A stretch of DNA of 64,000 bases from the human T2T-CHM13v2.0 reference genome, Homo sapiens. The first letter of the stretch is position 1. Each line of letters opens with the position of its first letter. The DNA lies in NCBI RefSeq assembly GCF_009914755.1, contig NC_060931.1. The stretch is one strand, 5' to 3'. A program made the translations under genes and the position numbers. Below, one piece after another: positions 40,180 to 56,995 of this stretch. The notes beneath the pieces are model-generated. The model saw only the letters and a list, made by a program, of their open reading frames with translations, did not search any database and had not been told where the DNA came from.

Positions 40180-40533
40180 ACAAAAAAAATTGCTGGGTGC
40201 AGTGGCAGGCACCTGTAATCCCAGCTACTTGGGAGGCTGAGGCAGGAGAATCACTTGAACTCAGAGGGCGGAGGTTGCAGTGAGCCAAGATCGCTCCACT
40301 GCACTCCAGCCTGGGTGACGAAGTGAGACTCCATCTCAAAAAAACAAAACAAAAAAAACTTACACAGCATGTTACTGTACTATTCACTGTAGGAAATTGT
40401 AACCAATGGCAAGTACTTATGTATCTAAACATACCTAAACACTGAAAAGATACAGTAAAAATACAGTATTATAATCTTATGAGACCACCACATGCATTGT
40501 TCAGAGAAACACTGTTAGGCAGTGCATGACTGT
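40180..40533 (+). mobile_element. Alu right arm (about 40180-40358) joined to a Tigger3/MER7-like 3' end
   Basis: Alu arm with tail; then acagcatgttactgtact...gtaaaaatacagtattataatcttatg...gcatgactg-ta. Confidence 0.8.
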
Positions 40534-41369
40534 ATATAACTACATATCCAGAAATGAATTGGCGAAGGAGCTCGGGGAATGCATTCTCTGCAGTACCCTG
40601 TGGTCCCAAGCCAGCTAGGAGAAGGTACAAATGGATCAGATCCAAGAGCAATGAGCAGCCAAAATAGGAAGCAGCTGTGTCATGCAAAAGTGGCTCGAAG
40701 ATCCTGTTAAATTCTTTGCTTTTCGCCATTTCACTTGGAAGGACACTGTGGAGCCCAATCTGTATGGAAGACTTAGGGGTTCGGGGAAAGACTGCAAGTC
40801 TAATTTAGGCCACATGGCTCTGAAGTTAGAACTGCTTACAAGCCATGGAAGAGGCCCCTGACTTAGGATGAAACAGCTGACCTGCTGCAGGAGGGTATGC
40901 AGCAGGTGCTCTGATCCCTGAACATCCAGGGTCACGCCAGTGCAGTCCTCTTCCTGAGTGACCCCTTCGATCTTGTCACTCCTTGACTGCCTGCCTCCCA
41001 CGGCTCCCCTTCCCTGCTGACTTCAGGCTTCCAGGTTCCAAGGAAGACTGTGCACATTCCCAAATCCCCTCCTTCAAAATGAACCCCACTGTAAATTCAT
41101 AAAAATGTGGGAGTAAAAATCTTTTTGATATTAAAAGTACTACCTTAGTTCAGAAACAAGAAAGGGCAAACTCTGTGAGATAAACAAGAGAAAACCCCAA
41201 CAGCTGGTGTAGCCAGTGCCTCCCAGCCCTTGGGGAATGGGACAAGCCAGGATTCATGATGCAGGGATGAATGCCCCAGCATAGGTATTGATGCACCCAT
41301 CCTAGAGACATCCTCCCCGAGACTGAACTCGTAGCCTGCTGGTACCTGGTGCAGGGCCCAAATTCTCAC

Positions 41370-41591
41370 CTTTGCCATGGTGCATGAATATCAGAAACAC
41401 TAGGTAAAAACTGATTTGGAGCCAACAAGCATCACACTACCCGAATCGAGGGGCCCATGAAACTGCCCCACAGGGAGACCACCAAGGCCAGGTGCACCTG
41501 GTAGGGAAGCCCACCAGGAGATGGACTTGCACACAAATATGAGACAGCACATTAGGAAGGCTAAGGTCCTGGCACCTGGGCGAAACCATAC
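41370..41591 (-). pseudogene. Candidate 222-nt exon carrying a frameshifted signal peptide
   Basis: acceptor ttctgtcacctacttctacAG, donor AAG|GTGAGA; ATG at 41432 is one base out of frame with CWLQISFYLVFLIFMHHGK. Confidence 0.55.
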
Positions 41592-41996
41592 CTGTAGAAG
41601 TAGGTGACAGAACAATGTGAAGGGAGCATGAAATAAGTGTATCCAATGCTGGATTTATTTTAAAAAAGATTTGTTCACCATCCCAGAAGCCATTATCACT
41701 TTTACATGGATGTTCCTTTCCTTTCTTCTTTATTACTGAAGAAGATCAGGCCAGGGACTTACATAGGCTTACATAATAATGCTAGCAGTTTGTGGGCAGT
41801 GTCTTGTTTATCACAACAATCTTAGACTTAACATAACTAAGGCTCAGAGAAATTAAGCAACCTGTCCAAAGTAACACAGCTAGAGATGGAGGTGATGGAG
41901 CGAGGCAGGGTTGGACCAGATCCAAGGTGGCCACCAAGTCCTGTAATCACTGAGAACTCCCAACTCCTGTCTTGCTGTTTTTATTCTACCACATGT

Positions 41997-42457
41997 ATTG
42001 TGAAGCACGTCCACAATGCATTGGTTTCCAACTTGTCTGAGTCCAATGACACAGAACACCCATCCATGCACAAGTTACAGCAAATGGATTTATCACTTAC
42101 AGCTAAGCAGTAAGGACAACGGGAGCCTAGGATTCATTGCAAGCCATCCCCCAGAACTCAGGAAAGGTGCCTGGGGCAGATGGAGTCTCTTTTGCTTGTG
42201 CCCCACTTGCACTACAGCTGCCGGACTCTGGAAAGCAGCCTACACAGGTTTTTACACTCCAGAGGCTACATGGTGTGCTGGGCTAAAGCACTGAAGGACA
42301 TCTTGTTTCTAGGAAGGGACTGGACAGAGCCCAGGCTATTCCAGCCAGTCCCCGGCATCTCAGAATGTTGCACTCTCAGCACAAGCTACAGTTACTCTTG
42401 AAATCCACAAGCAAGTAGGTGGGAAGTACTGGGTCAGACCCAAAGAACTGTCCTGCA
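41997..42457 (-). mobile_element. ERVL LTR (MER73/MER74-like)
   Basis: cttgtctgagtcc..gacacagaacac...gatttatcacttacag...ctcaggaaagg. Confidence 0.6.
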
Positions 42458-42739
42458 TTTTTGTCCCTTTTTGCTTTCTTCTCCAAGCCAAATGACTACT
42501 CTTGGCCTCTTGAAATGTGCCAAGTGTCTGTGCTGACACTGCAGTTATATCATCTCATTTAATCCTTGAAGTAACACCAATTGACCATGCGTTCCAGATA
42601 CAGAATCCAGTTCCAAGAGGTTTTCCCAAGGTCATAGAGTGAGAAAATACAAGATCAAATCTTATCACATCTGAAATCCATGGTGTTTTCACTGAACTGC
42701 ACTACCTCTCAAAAGACTATTAAAAGCCCACCCATTTAT

Positions 42740-43790
42740 GGTTTTATCGTAGTAAAATACACACAACACAAAACAAAGTTTTCACCATGTTTAAGTGTTG
42801 TAATTCAGTGGCATTTAGTACATTCAGAATGTTGCTCAATCATCATCTCTCTCTCTAGTTTCAGAACTATTTCACTCAGACGCATCAAACAGTCATTCCC
42901 TATTTCCCCTCCCTCCAGCCTTTGGAAGCCACTAGTCTCCTTTCTATCTCTGTGGATTTATGTATTTTGCATGTTTTACATAAGTGAAATTATACAATAT
43001 GTAATCTTTGGTGTCTGGCTTCATTTACTAACATAATATTTTTGAGGATCATCCACATTGTACCATGTATCAGTACTTTATTCCTTTTTATGGCTAAATA
43101 ATGTTCCACTATATGGATATAACACATTTTCTGTTCATTCATCAGCTGATGAAACTTTGGGTTGTTTCCACCTTTTGGCGATTATGAATAGTGCTACTAT
43201 GGACATTTATGTACACATTTTTATTTGAACATTTGTTTTCAATTATTTGGGGGTATGCATTTATAAGTGAAATTTATGAATCATTTAGTCATTCTGTTTA
43301 ACTTCTTGAGGAGCCAACAAAATGTCTTCCATAGGGGCTGTACCATTTTACACTCCCACCAGTGGTGTACAAGAGTTCTAATTTCTTCACATCCTTGCCA
43401 ACACTTGTTATTCTCTAATTTTTTTTTTTTTTTTTAGTAATAGCTATCCTAATGGGTTTGAAGCAGTTCTAATTGTGATTTTGATTTACATTTCTCTAAT
43501 GACTAAATGGCACTGAACCACTTTTCATGTGGTTATTGTCCATTTGTATACATTCTTTGGAGAAAAGTCTGTTCAAGTTCATTGCCTATTTTGTTGCTGA
43601 GCTGTAGTAATTCTTTATATATTTTGGATACTAGTCCCTTATTGGATACATGATGTGCAAATATTGTCTTCCATTTTGTGGTTGCCTTCTTTCTTAATAA
43701 TGTCTCTTGATGCACAAGAGCTTTTAATTTAAATGAATTCCAACTTGTCTGTTTTTTATTTTGTTGCTTGTGCTTTCATGTCATTTCTAA
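42740..43790 (-). mobile_element. L1MB-like 3' end, antisense
   Basis: ttcagtggcatttagtacattca, taccattttacactcccaccag, cttgatgcacaa. Confidence 0.85.
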
Positions 43791-43794
43791 GCAT

Positions 43795-45390
<1,596 letters not shown>

Positions 45391-45727
45391 GACATACATA
45401 GTTTTAAGAAATATCATTTTAATTGCTATATAATATTCCATCAAATGGATATGCCACATTTTATTAAGCAACTACTGAATAACTATTGAATAATGAGATT
45501 ATTTCCAAACTTTCATTCTTTTAAATGCTTCAACCAATATGTTTGTTTGATTTTGTGCAAATCTGGTTTTTAATGGTCTCTTTAAGTTGATTCCCAGAAA
45601 CGGAACATAGGAGAAGGGGATGCCCATTGACAGGGCTCTTGTTACCTAGCTGCCATCTGTTTTCTTTAACATTATATAAGGTTAAACAGCTCAGCAATGA
45701 ATGGAAACATACATGTTAAAAATTGAG

Positions 45728-46415
45728 GGCCAGGCACAGTGGCTCACTCCTGCAATCCCAACACTTCGGGAGGCTGAGGCAGGTGGATTGCACGAGGTCA
45801 GGAGTTCAAGACCAGTCTGGCCGACATGATGAAACCCCATGTCTATAAAAAATACAAAAATTATCCAGGTGTGGTGGCGCATGCCTGTAATCCCAGCTAC
45901 TCAGGAGGCTGAGGCAGGAGAATCACTTGAGCCTGGGAAGTGGAGGTTGCAGAGAGCCGAGATGGCTTGATAGGGTTTGGCTGTGTTTCCCCCCAAATCT
46001 CATCTTGAATTGTAACTCCCACAATTCCATGTGTCATGGGAGGGACCCAGTGGGTCCCTGTGAATCACAGGGGCAGGTCTTTCTCGTGCTGGTCTCATGA
46101 TAGTGAATAAGTCTCACATGAGATCTGATGGTTTTATAAAGAGGAGTTCCCCTACACAAGTTCTCTCTCTTTTCCTGCCGCCATCCGTGTAAGACCTGAC
46201 TTGCTCTTCCTTGCCCTCCACCACGATTGTAAGGCCTCCCCAGTCATGTGGAACTGCAAGTCCACTAAACCTCTTCTTCTTCCCATTCTGGGGTATGTCT
46301 TTATCAGCAGCATGAAAACGGACTAATACAAGGTGCCACTGCACTCCAACCTGGGAGACAGAGCAAGACTCTGTCTCAAAATGAATAAATAAATAAATAA
46401 ATAAATATAAATAAA
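45728..46415 (+). mobile_element. AluS split by a THE1 LTR
   Basis: Alu stops at gagccgagatggc (about 45966) and resumes gccactgcactcc (about 46335); TSD taaaaattgag. Confidence 0.9.
45968..46330 (+). mobile_element. THE1 (THE1A/B) solo LTR
   Basis: tgatagggtttggctgtgt..caaatctcatcttgaattgta...gaaaacggactaataca. Confidence 0.92.
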
Positions 46416-47689
46416 ATAAAAATTGAGGGGTTTGGAAAGGCACTTCTCAACAAACAAACCTTACTTGGGCACATTTGGATTATAAAAAATAAACCCCTTC
46501 TAAAAACTATAAAAAATAAAAGGGGCAGAATCAATAATTTATCCTGATTTTTCTGCAAAAACTATTTCAGGGACACAAAATCAGATAATTACAACAAGTA
46601 AATGCCTGAAGTAAATAAATAGAGTAATTCTAGCTAGTACACAAAAAGGAAAAAAATAGAATGTTGCCATGGTGTGACCCCCTTAAGTTACAATACTAAG
46701 AGGTCTTTACTCGTCATAACAGGAATAGTCTGGTGTTCTGGGGAAGGTGTTAATACCAGAAATAGGGGAGCAGGGGAAACACCCCAAGTTTGCTTGGTAG
46801 GATCTTGCAGAGGAGGCTCAGGAGCTGAACTGGATAATTCAAACAAGTCATCTGGCTTCTCAAAAGTCCTCATGGGGAAGTGTCAGATCATGCAGGTGTC
46901 CACAGTGGACTGGGACCTGGGCAGCACTGAGTTCCCCTTACTGACTGCACCATCCATGAGCTGAGCCTGCCTTCTGGGGAAGGAGGGGCATCTCCAGGAA
47001 GGGCAACCGGGCCAGGTCAGAAGGCCTCCTGTGTCTCCGGGGCAGTGTGGTCTTCTTTCAGGAGAGAGTGAGTCATCACTGAAGGAGAACAGAGCGAAGG
47101 CTGCACAGTCCAGCAGTACTGGGCCCAGACTCTCAGCCCCTTTCTGGCCCTGCCACGCTAAGATAGGATCATCTCCCTCATGGATGCAGCTGATGTGTGC
47201 GTGAGCACACGCTTGCCAGGCAACTGGCCAGCACCGGCTGTCTCTGCAACGCGGAATTTACAAATGCCCTTCCCGTGAGGAAGGAAGAGTAACCCGATTG
47301 ATTCTCCGCTACCAAGCAAGCCCTCTGCCACTTTACAGTGCAGTAACTGCTTACAATGATTCCCCTTCTCGGGAATCGCTTTTCTAGCTCTTCCTCTACA
47401 GTCGGGGAGCTGAGCCCCCAGAAGCCAGCAGTCACACTAGTAGGGCAGGGCAGAGCCCGCTTGACCCCTTCCTTGGGAGGGGGGCCTAGCGCCGGGGCGC
47501 GTTTCCTCTTCGCGCTGCCCTGTCCTGGCCCGCCACTGGAGCCGGTAGCCCGCAGGGCAGCGGGGGCGGAGGCGACCCTGGGGGTGGCCTGTGGGCCCCC
47601 CTGCGAGATCTCGACGGTTCCTATCTATTCCATTCTCCCTCCCCGTCTCCCTGAGCCCCGCCCCTGGGTCCCTTGCTGGAGCCGCTCAC

Positions 47690-47850
47690 CCCCTCCCCCG
47701 CAGGCGTTGTGCTGGGCCCGGGGCAACTTCCCCAGAACGTCCGGCCACCCTGCGCGGAAGCACGCCTGGCAGAGCTGCTGAGCCAGGCTCAGGTCGCGGA
47801 GTAGCGGCGCTCCGGACCGGCGGAACACGGCGTCCTCGGCTCAGCTTCGG
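47690..47850 (-). other. Candidate first exon (start position approximate)
   Basis: ends at donor GGG|GTGAGC; contains gacgccGTG (47828) opening a 46-codon frame that ends in phase 1. Confidence 0.5.
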
Positions 47851-47889
47851 AAGCGCCCCCGCCCCGCCCGGCGAGCCCGGGAATGGCGC

Positions 47890-47908
47890 GCGCGCCCCCT
47901 GCCGGCCA
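47890..47908 (-). promoter_or_regulatory. CTCF motif
   Basis: TGGCCGGCAGGGGGCGCGC versus consensus TGGCCACCAGGGGGCGCTA. Confidence 0.7.
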
Positions 47909-48819
47909 CACCGGGACCAGCGGCACCCACAGAGGGCGCGCGGGCAGGGCGCGAGGCGGCAGGCCCCTCTCTTCCTCCCGACCCTCGCAGGCTGAGCACA
48001 TCAAAAGGCAGGCTTCCTTATGGGTGCTTTCGTTGAAATTCAGCATTGTGGCCAGTCTTGAAAGTACAAAAAAAAAAGAGGGCAAATGTGCTGCACCACT
48101 TTAACACAACTTCAGTGACCCTGTTGTCTTCTTCTCTCAGATCTTCCTTCTGCTGCTGTATCTGCATTTCCTCATAACGCCAACAATAATGAGAGCATGG
48201 CCCGGGAACCCGCAAACTTTTTTCTGGAAAAGGCCAGATAGTAAATGTTCCTGGTTTTGTGAGCAAGATGGAAAATCGCCCATAGACAATATGCTGAGCC
48301 GACTGAGCCTGTGCCAGTCCCTGGGAGCCGACGCTAACTGGAAACAGCCAGGCCAGTTGTGCAAACTGCCCACTTGTTCATTAAATCGAGGCAGGTGTGA
48401 CTTCAAGGCTACCACTCTCTGGTCCTTGTCAGGTGCAGGCTCTGTTAGAGGTTCCTGCCACATCCCTGCCTGGGCCACAGGGCCGTCCCTGGGTCCCCAG
48501 GTGTCTCTCCAACCATAACCCTGCCTGGGCCCTGCTATGTCATTTGAGCCATGAGGCCCCTGAAGATCAGTGGCCCCTGCTGCCCTGGGCCCACAACCTG
48601 TCACTAGCCTGTTGGGGTTTAAGGGTGAAAAGAAAGACCTCAGACACACATATGTGCACATGCATGCACAAACACACGCATGCACGCACACACACGAACA
48701 TGCACCAACATGCGGACCCACTAACCCGGAACCACTGGGTTTCTGTGGCAGTGAGAGTAGGAGAAAGGCCTAGGATGCAGCTTGTAGTGAACTCTTATAA
48801 TTCCATGTTACCATTCCCA

Positions 48820-49640
48820 ACAGAGGTTTAACTTTTTCCTACCAGAGGCAGGGCTTACTCACCCTTAACACAGTTTCCAGCTCTCCACCTCCTTCCAGTT
48901 CCTCAATGTGATCAATCCAGACATCTGCCTTATACAAACACCTCCTGGTGACCACTGCCCTACGAGACAGCTGGATACAACCTACTTGACTCACCCCACT
49001 GACCCCACATGGACCTCACAGATATGCTGCAATGACCACCTCTCAGTCATGGCGTGATTACATGGAACCGGTGCCTGCTTGCTCTAAACCCATCAATTAG
49101 AACTCCCTATGGGAAACCTGCCTGGGGTAGACCCCTGGACCCCACTTAAGGCCTCAGCTTACAGGTCCTCCTCTCTCTCGATCCCCACCCAGTGGTTGTG
49201 TGTGTGTGTGCCCCAGGCAGCTCCCTCCATTCCGCTAGCCATGTGAGGTATTCTGCCTTCTTCTCTCTGGGATCTGTGAGGAATATGCTGCTTCTGTGAC
49301 TCTATGTGCTTTGTCCAGTTGCCTCCTCTGTCTCCCCGGACAGATGCACCAGAACCTAGCTCCTCTCCTAGTCAGGGCTGGCCTAAAGAGTGGCTATCTT
49401 ATTGGGAATAGCTGGAAACAGGTCAGATGGGAGCCACAAGGAGTCTGCCAGTATGAACAAGATTCCTGTGAGAGCAACACCAGACCATGGGTCTCACCCT
49501 CAGGCATGAGGCCACCTGCCAGGATAAAGAAGAATCTTGTGAAAGGCGTGCTGTACACATCCACCACCAAATCCCCGAGGCCCATTAGGTGGGGCACAGT
49601 TTATAGGAACTCTGCAGAAAGAGACCACAAGACCAAATCA
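48820..49640 (+). mobile_element. ERVL LTR (MER54-like)
   Basis: ccagttcctcaatgtg..cctcctggtgaccac..gacagctggatacaacctacttgactc. Confidence 0.65.
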
Positions 49641-50319
49641 GAAAGAATCACAACAGCCTCAGCCACATGGTTCCCTCCATGAGCAGAGGCACCCACAGCA
49701 CCGAGGAGAGGGGAGGGGAGCTGAAGAAAGGGGAGGGGAGAGTAGGAGAGGATGTCTTCAAGCCACCCTGTTTTCAGCCCCACAGGCCCCGTGATATGAG
49801 AAGCACAGAGGGTTTCTCCAAGTACAGAGAACAAAACAGGAATAATCCTCTAGTTCTCCTTCCACATCCTCATCCTAGGGCATTTTTATTTATGCAGAGT
49901 ACACACTCCCTGTCTTGTACCTCACTTTCCTAGGTGAGGGTGCCCCCTAACATGCTGGCTTGGTGGGTGTTTTCCTGGGTCATCCCCAGCGGGCACCTGA
50001 GCCTGGGCTATGCAACCTGCTGCCTCCTCCTTGTAGGAGCCCCCTCTCCCAGCTGTAGGTCTCTTCCTCTCAAAGGACTCAGCATCAGCCTCATGCAAGA
50101 AATATCCTTGGGAAACAGTGGCCTGACAAGAAGGGTGAGGGTGAAGGAAAGGCTAAGAATTGGGCAGCCAGGAGATGGCTAGAATTGGCTAAGAATTGGA
50201 AAAATTGGAAAAGGCTAAGAATTGAGATGGAGACGGTGAGGGAGGAGGGAAAGGAACAGTGGACCCACTTTGCTGATAAAGGAGCTTAGGTCAGAACAGC
50301 CTCCAGACACAGAGAGGAA

Positions 50320-50415
50320 TGGCCTCCAGGTATGAGGGCAGCAGAGGGGCTGGAAATGGGAAAGAAGAGTGGCCTCCAGGTATGAGGGCAGCAGAGGGAC
50401 TGGAAATGGGAAAGA
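50320..50415. repeat. Tandem duplication, 50-bp period
   Basis: tggcctccaggtatgagggcagcagaggg(g/a)ctggaaatgggaaaga x2. Confidence 0.95.
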
Positions 50416-50999
50416 GTACAGGGTGTGGAGGAAGAAGGGGCAGCCACATCACTGCAGGAGACTCTGGACAAAGGAACATTTTCCTCCAAGTACCCAAGGT
50501 GCTTTGGTATGACACCATCTGGTTGTAAATTGATTTAAGGATAGGAACAGAAATTTGATCAAAAGTCAGAAATATTTTCATACCTTTGACCAAATCGTCC
50601 TCCTTACTCACTGGAATTTACATCAAAGAAGTGACATGAGTGGAGAAGGCTTTTCTGGGAAGGATGGGAGGGGCCGGGATAGGGAGGTGCTGGCAGGAAG
50701 GGGAGGATTCAGGAGGGAAAGAAAAGGGGAGGGGAGGGCAGGCTGCAGCCCCGGGGAACCTTGCACAGGCCTCGCAGCCTCACCCACCTGGGGTTGAGTT
50801 GGACTCTGCTGACTGTAGCCTCTCTGAGCCTCCAGTTCTCTCTGGAGCTCTACCTCATAATATCTACCCCAGTGGCTAGTTTTGAGGACTTCACAAGATA
50901 ACACCTGGCACAAAGTAAATGCTCAATAAAGGTTAATACTAATATTACTCAGATAACTTATTAGGTCTCTGTTCAGAAACCAACCCTCACATTTTATAG

Positions 51000-52150
<1,151 letters not shown>

Positions 52151-53069
52151 TTTTAATTCAACCCTCACTTTTACTTGTAACTGTGTGAACTTGCCACATG
52201 CCTTTCCCTGCTTTGCTTTGGGTAACTAGAGGGAAATAAACCCATTGAAGACACTAAGTATGTATGAGACACACCCAGTCATGTTTGGCCATATGCCAGA
52301 AGGACTAGTAACTTTGCCATCTTACCCAGGGTGGCAAGTAGACATCCTTCAGCTTCACCCACACCTCAGGCAGCTGTCAGTATTTCATTCCAGGAGTCTT
52401 CTTCTTTGCTTTCAACTGGGCCATCATAGAGCGGCCAAGCTCTCCCAACATGCCCCCCGTGCACTCCAAATCTTGGGAGAGGGGTTGGAGACAGACTTTG
52501 GCTGCCCTAAGAAGACCCCAGGTTCCTGTTGCCCCTGAAGCTCTTCCTCATGACCAGCCTCGCCCACAGTGAATCTCAGGCTGTATGGGCTTAGGAGAGT
52601 TGCTCCAAGATTTAGGAAACCCCCACCTCAGGGCCCTGACTTTCCAGGCATGTCTCTCACTATTGAAGCTACATAGAGGATACTCAATAGAGAAAATCAA
52701 TGGTTTTGGTGTAAAATAGTTATACCCTAGAAGTTAGCATTATAAAGCTTAGAGAAAAGTCACTCCTATAAATACCCTTGTAAGGAAGCTCCTCTGAGAC
52801 ATTCCTACAGCACTGGGCAGCCAGGAATGACACTGGCCAGACTGGAGTCCCTGCCTAAGATGCTACTTCTGGTAGCCAGGATGCAAAAGGGGGTTACTTA
52901 GAGAAAACCGTGGATGAACATCACTGTGAATCACCAAAGAAAGGAGAGAAATTGAAACTTCTGTATAAGACTGCAAAGAGGAGAGAAGCAAGGAGGTGTT
53001 TGCTTCTTACGCCCTTGGGAAGCTTGTCTAGTACCCAGGTAGATGTTTCCTATTTTGAGTTCCTATCAT

Positions 53070-53360
53070 ACTTTTCTCTCCCCTTCCTTCCTCCCTTCCT
53101 TCTTCCTTTTTCTTTTCTTTTCTTTCTCTCTCTTTCTTTCTTCTTTCTCTCTTTCTCTTTCGCCCCCTCTCTCCCTCTCACCTTCTCTATCTCTTTTTCT
53201 CTCTCTCTCCCTCTTTTTCTCTCTCTCTCCCTCTCTCTTTCTCCCTCCCTCTCTCTTTCTTTCTCTGTCTCTCTCTTTCTTAGAGATGGAGTTTCACTCT
53301 GTTACCCAGGCTGGACTCCTGAATAGCTGAGAGAACAGGCATGCACCACTGTGCTGAGCT
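53070..53360 (-). repeat. CT-rich tract (53070-53280) next to a deleted Alu monomer
   Basis: pure pyrimidine run followed by agagatggagtttcactctgttacccaggctgg. Confidence 0.85.
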
Positions 53361-53582
53361 TATAATACTTTTCAATAGCTCTTCAGAAGCCAAAAAAAAA
53401 AAAAAATGAGAGAGAGGGAGAGAGAATAACACATGGCAATGGCACATACACAGACACAAACATGTAAATATAGTTTTTACATAAACTAACACCCACCAGA
53501 GTGGCTTCCCCCAACTCATACTCCTTCCCTGGCTTTAGGTTGTCAAAGATGATCATATCTGATGCCTGATAACAAAAAAATG

Positions 53583-53962
53583 TTGATAAATATGGTAGTG
53601 ATAATGGTGATAGTGATGGTGATGTTGAGGATGGTGGTGATAATGATGGTGATGATGGTGATGATGATGATGGTGGTGGTAATGATGATGACAGCGATGA
53701 TGATGATGGTAATGAAGAGATGATAAAGTGATGATTTTTTCAGTAATGGTGATGATGATGATGATGATGGTGATGATGTGATGACCATGATGATGATGAT
53801 GGTAATGGTGATGATGACAGTGATGAGGATATGGTAATGGTGATAATGATGATGGTGGAGATGGTGATAATGGTGATGATGATGATGGTAATGGGGATAA
53901 TGATGATGGTGATGTTGATTGTGATAATGGTGAAGATGATGATGATGGTGATGATGAAGATA
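53583..53962. repeat. Degenerate (GAT/GGT/AAT)n triplet repeat, about 380 bp
   Basis: directly visible. Confidence 0.95.
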
Positions 53963-54234
53963 TAGCACAATCTATGGAAAGTTCACTATGTCCTTGGCTT
54001 TGTACTAGTTCTTCTTACACATAATTTCATTCCATGTTCACAGCAACCCTTTTCAAAAATGGAGTCCCAGGAGCATGATCACACAGCGTGGACTGACCAG
54101 CCTGACTCTCACCCACAAACAGAGAAGGAGGATCATCAGTGCACAGCTCTAAAACACACTGTCACGAAGAACTCTGTCAATCGGAGAGGTTATTTCTTTT
54201 AAAACTGACATTTAAACACTTTCCTTATGCCATA

Positions 54235-56030
<1,796 letters not shown>

Positions 56031-56661
56031 AATTCTGGAAGTGGGTTTTAGAGTAATAAACCCATTTACAGTAAATAAGAAAAAGAGGTACCTGCATGTA
56101 CATCCTTTGATTTTTTCTTTCTTTTTTTTTTTTAAAGACACTGCCAAAGTACCTGTCTTTCTTTGCTTGGCTTTTTCTCTTTGTTCTTAAATTCACGTGG
56201 AAAGAGCAACTGTGCCTTCACAACCATTATTTGGTTGGCTTCGCTCCACAACCCAGAGAGCTGACTTTCTTTGAATTTCTGTCTTATAGAGGGAGAAAAT
56301 CATCCCACTCCAACACCCTCCTCCCCACACAGAGTGCCAGGACCTGGCCCCCCATGTGCTGTACACCTGCTAGAAAAGACAGGTTTTCCCGCCCATCACC
56401 TGCCTGCCCAGGCCAGGGTGTGTGAGTGAATGTGAAGCATGCAAGACTCATGGGAGCATTGCAAAGGCAGCCTTACCTTTGTCTCTCTTGCACCTTTTTG
56501 CCTCTTCTGGGGGAACATTTGCTGGGGGAAACCTCAGGCAGGCCAAATGACTCCCCTGGAAATTTTAAATAATGCAGTGTTCCCCAGTGACTCTTAGTTG
56601 TGGAAAACAATCCATTTCAGGTTTGAAGACGTGCAGGTGCCTGTGAGAATTCTAGGGTCCA

Positions 56662-56995
<334 letters not shown>

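Larger units (their letters stand above)
47440..47995 (-). promoter_or_regulatory. CpG island / GC-box promoter, probably firing leftward
   Basis: only CpG-dense non-repeat stretch in the window; tandem GGGCGG boxes at about 47856-47869 on the minus strand, upstream of donor G|GTGAGC at 47689. Confidence 0.8.

Noticed and set aside
39722-40432. Longest track ORF (236 aa, minus strand)
   Set aside because: Starts in a Tigger fragment, runs through an antisense Alu ([13 protein letters not shown]) and has no domain.
40880-40907. 10-bp inverted repeat acctgctgca/tgcagcaggt
   Set aside because: A length like this is plausible by chance in 64 kb, and nothing in the context suggests function.
47356-48831. 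Overlapping 98-194 aa ORFs around the CpG island
   Set aside because: High GC suppresses stop codons; no recognisable domains.
53543-53970. Poly-His and poly-Ile ORFs
   Set aside because: Translation of a GAT/GGT simple repeat.
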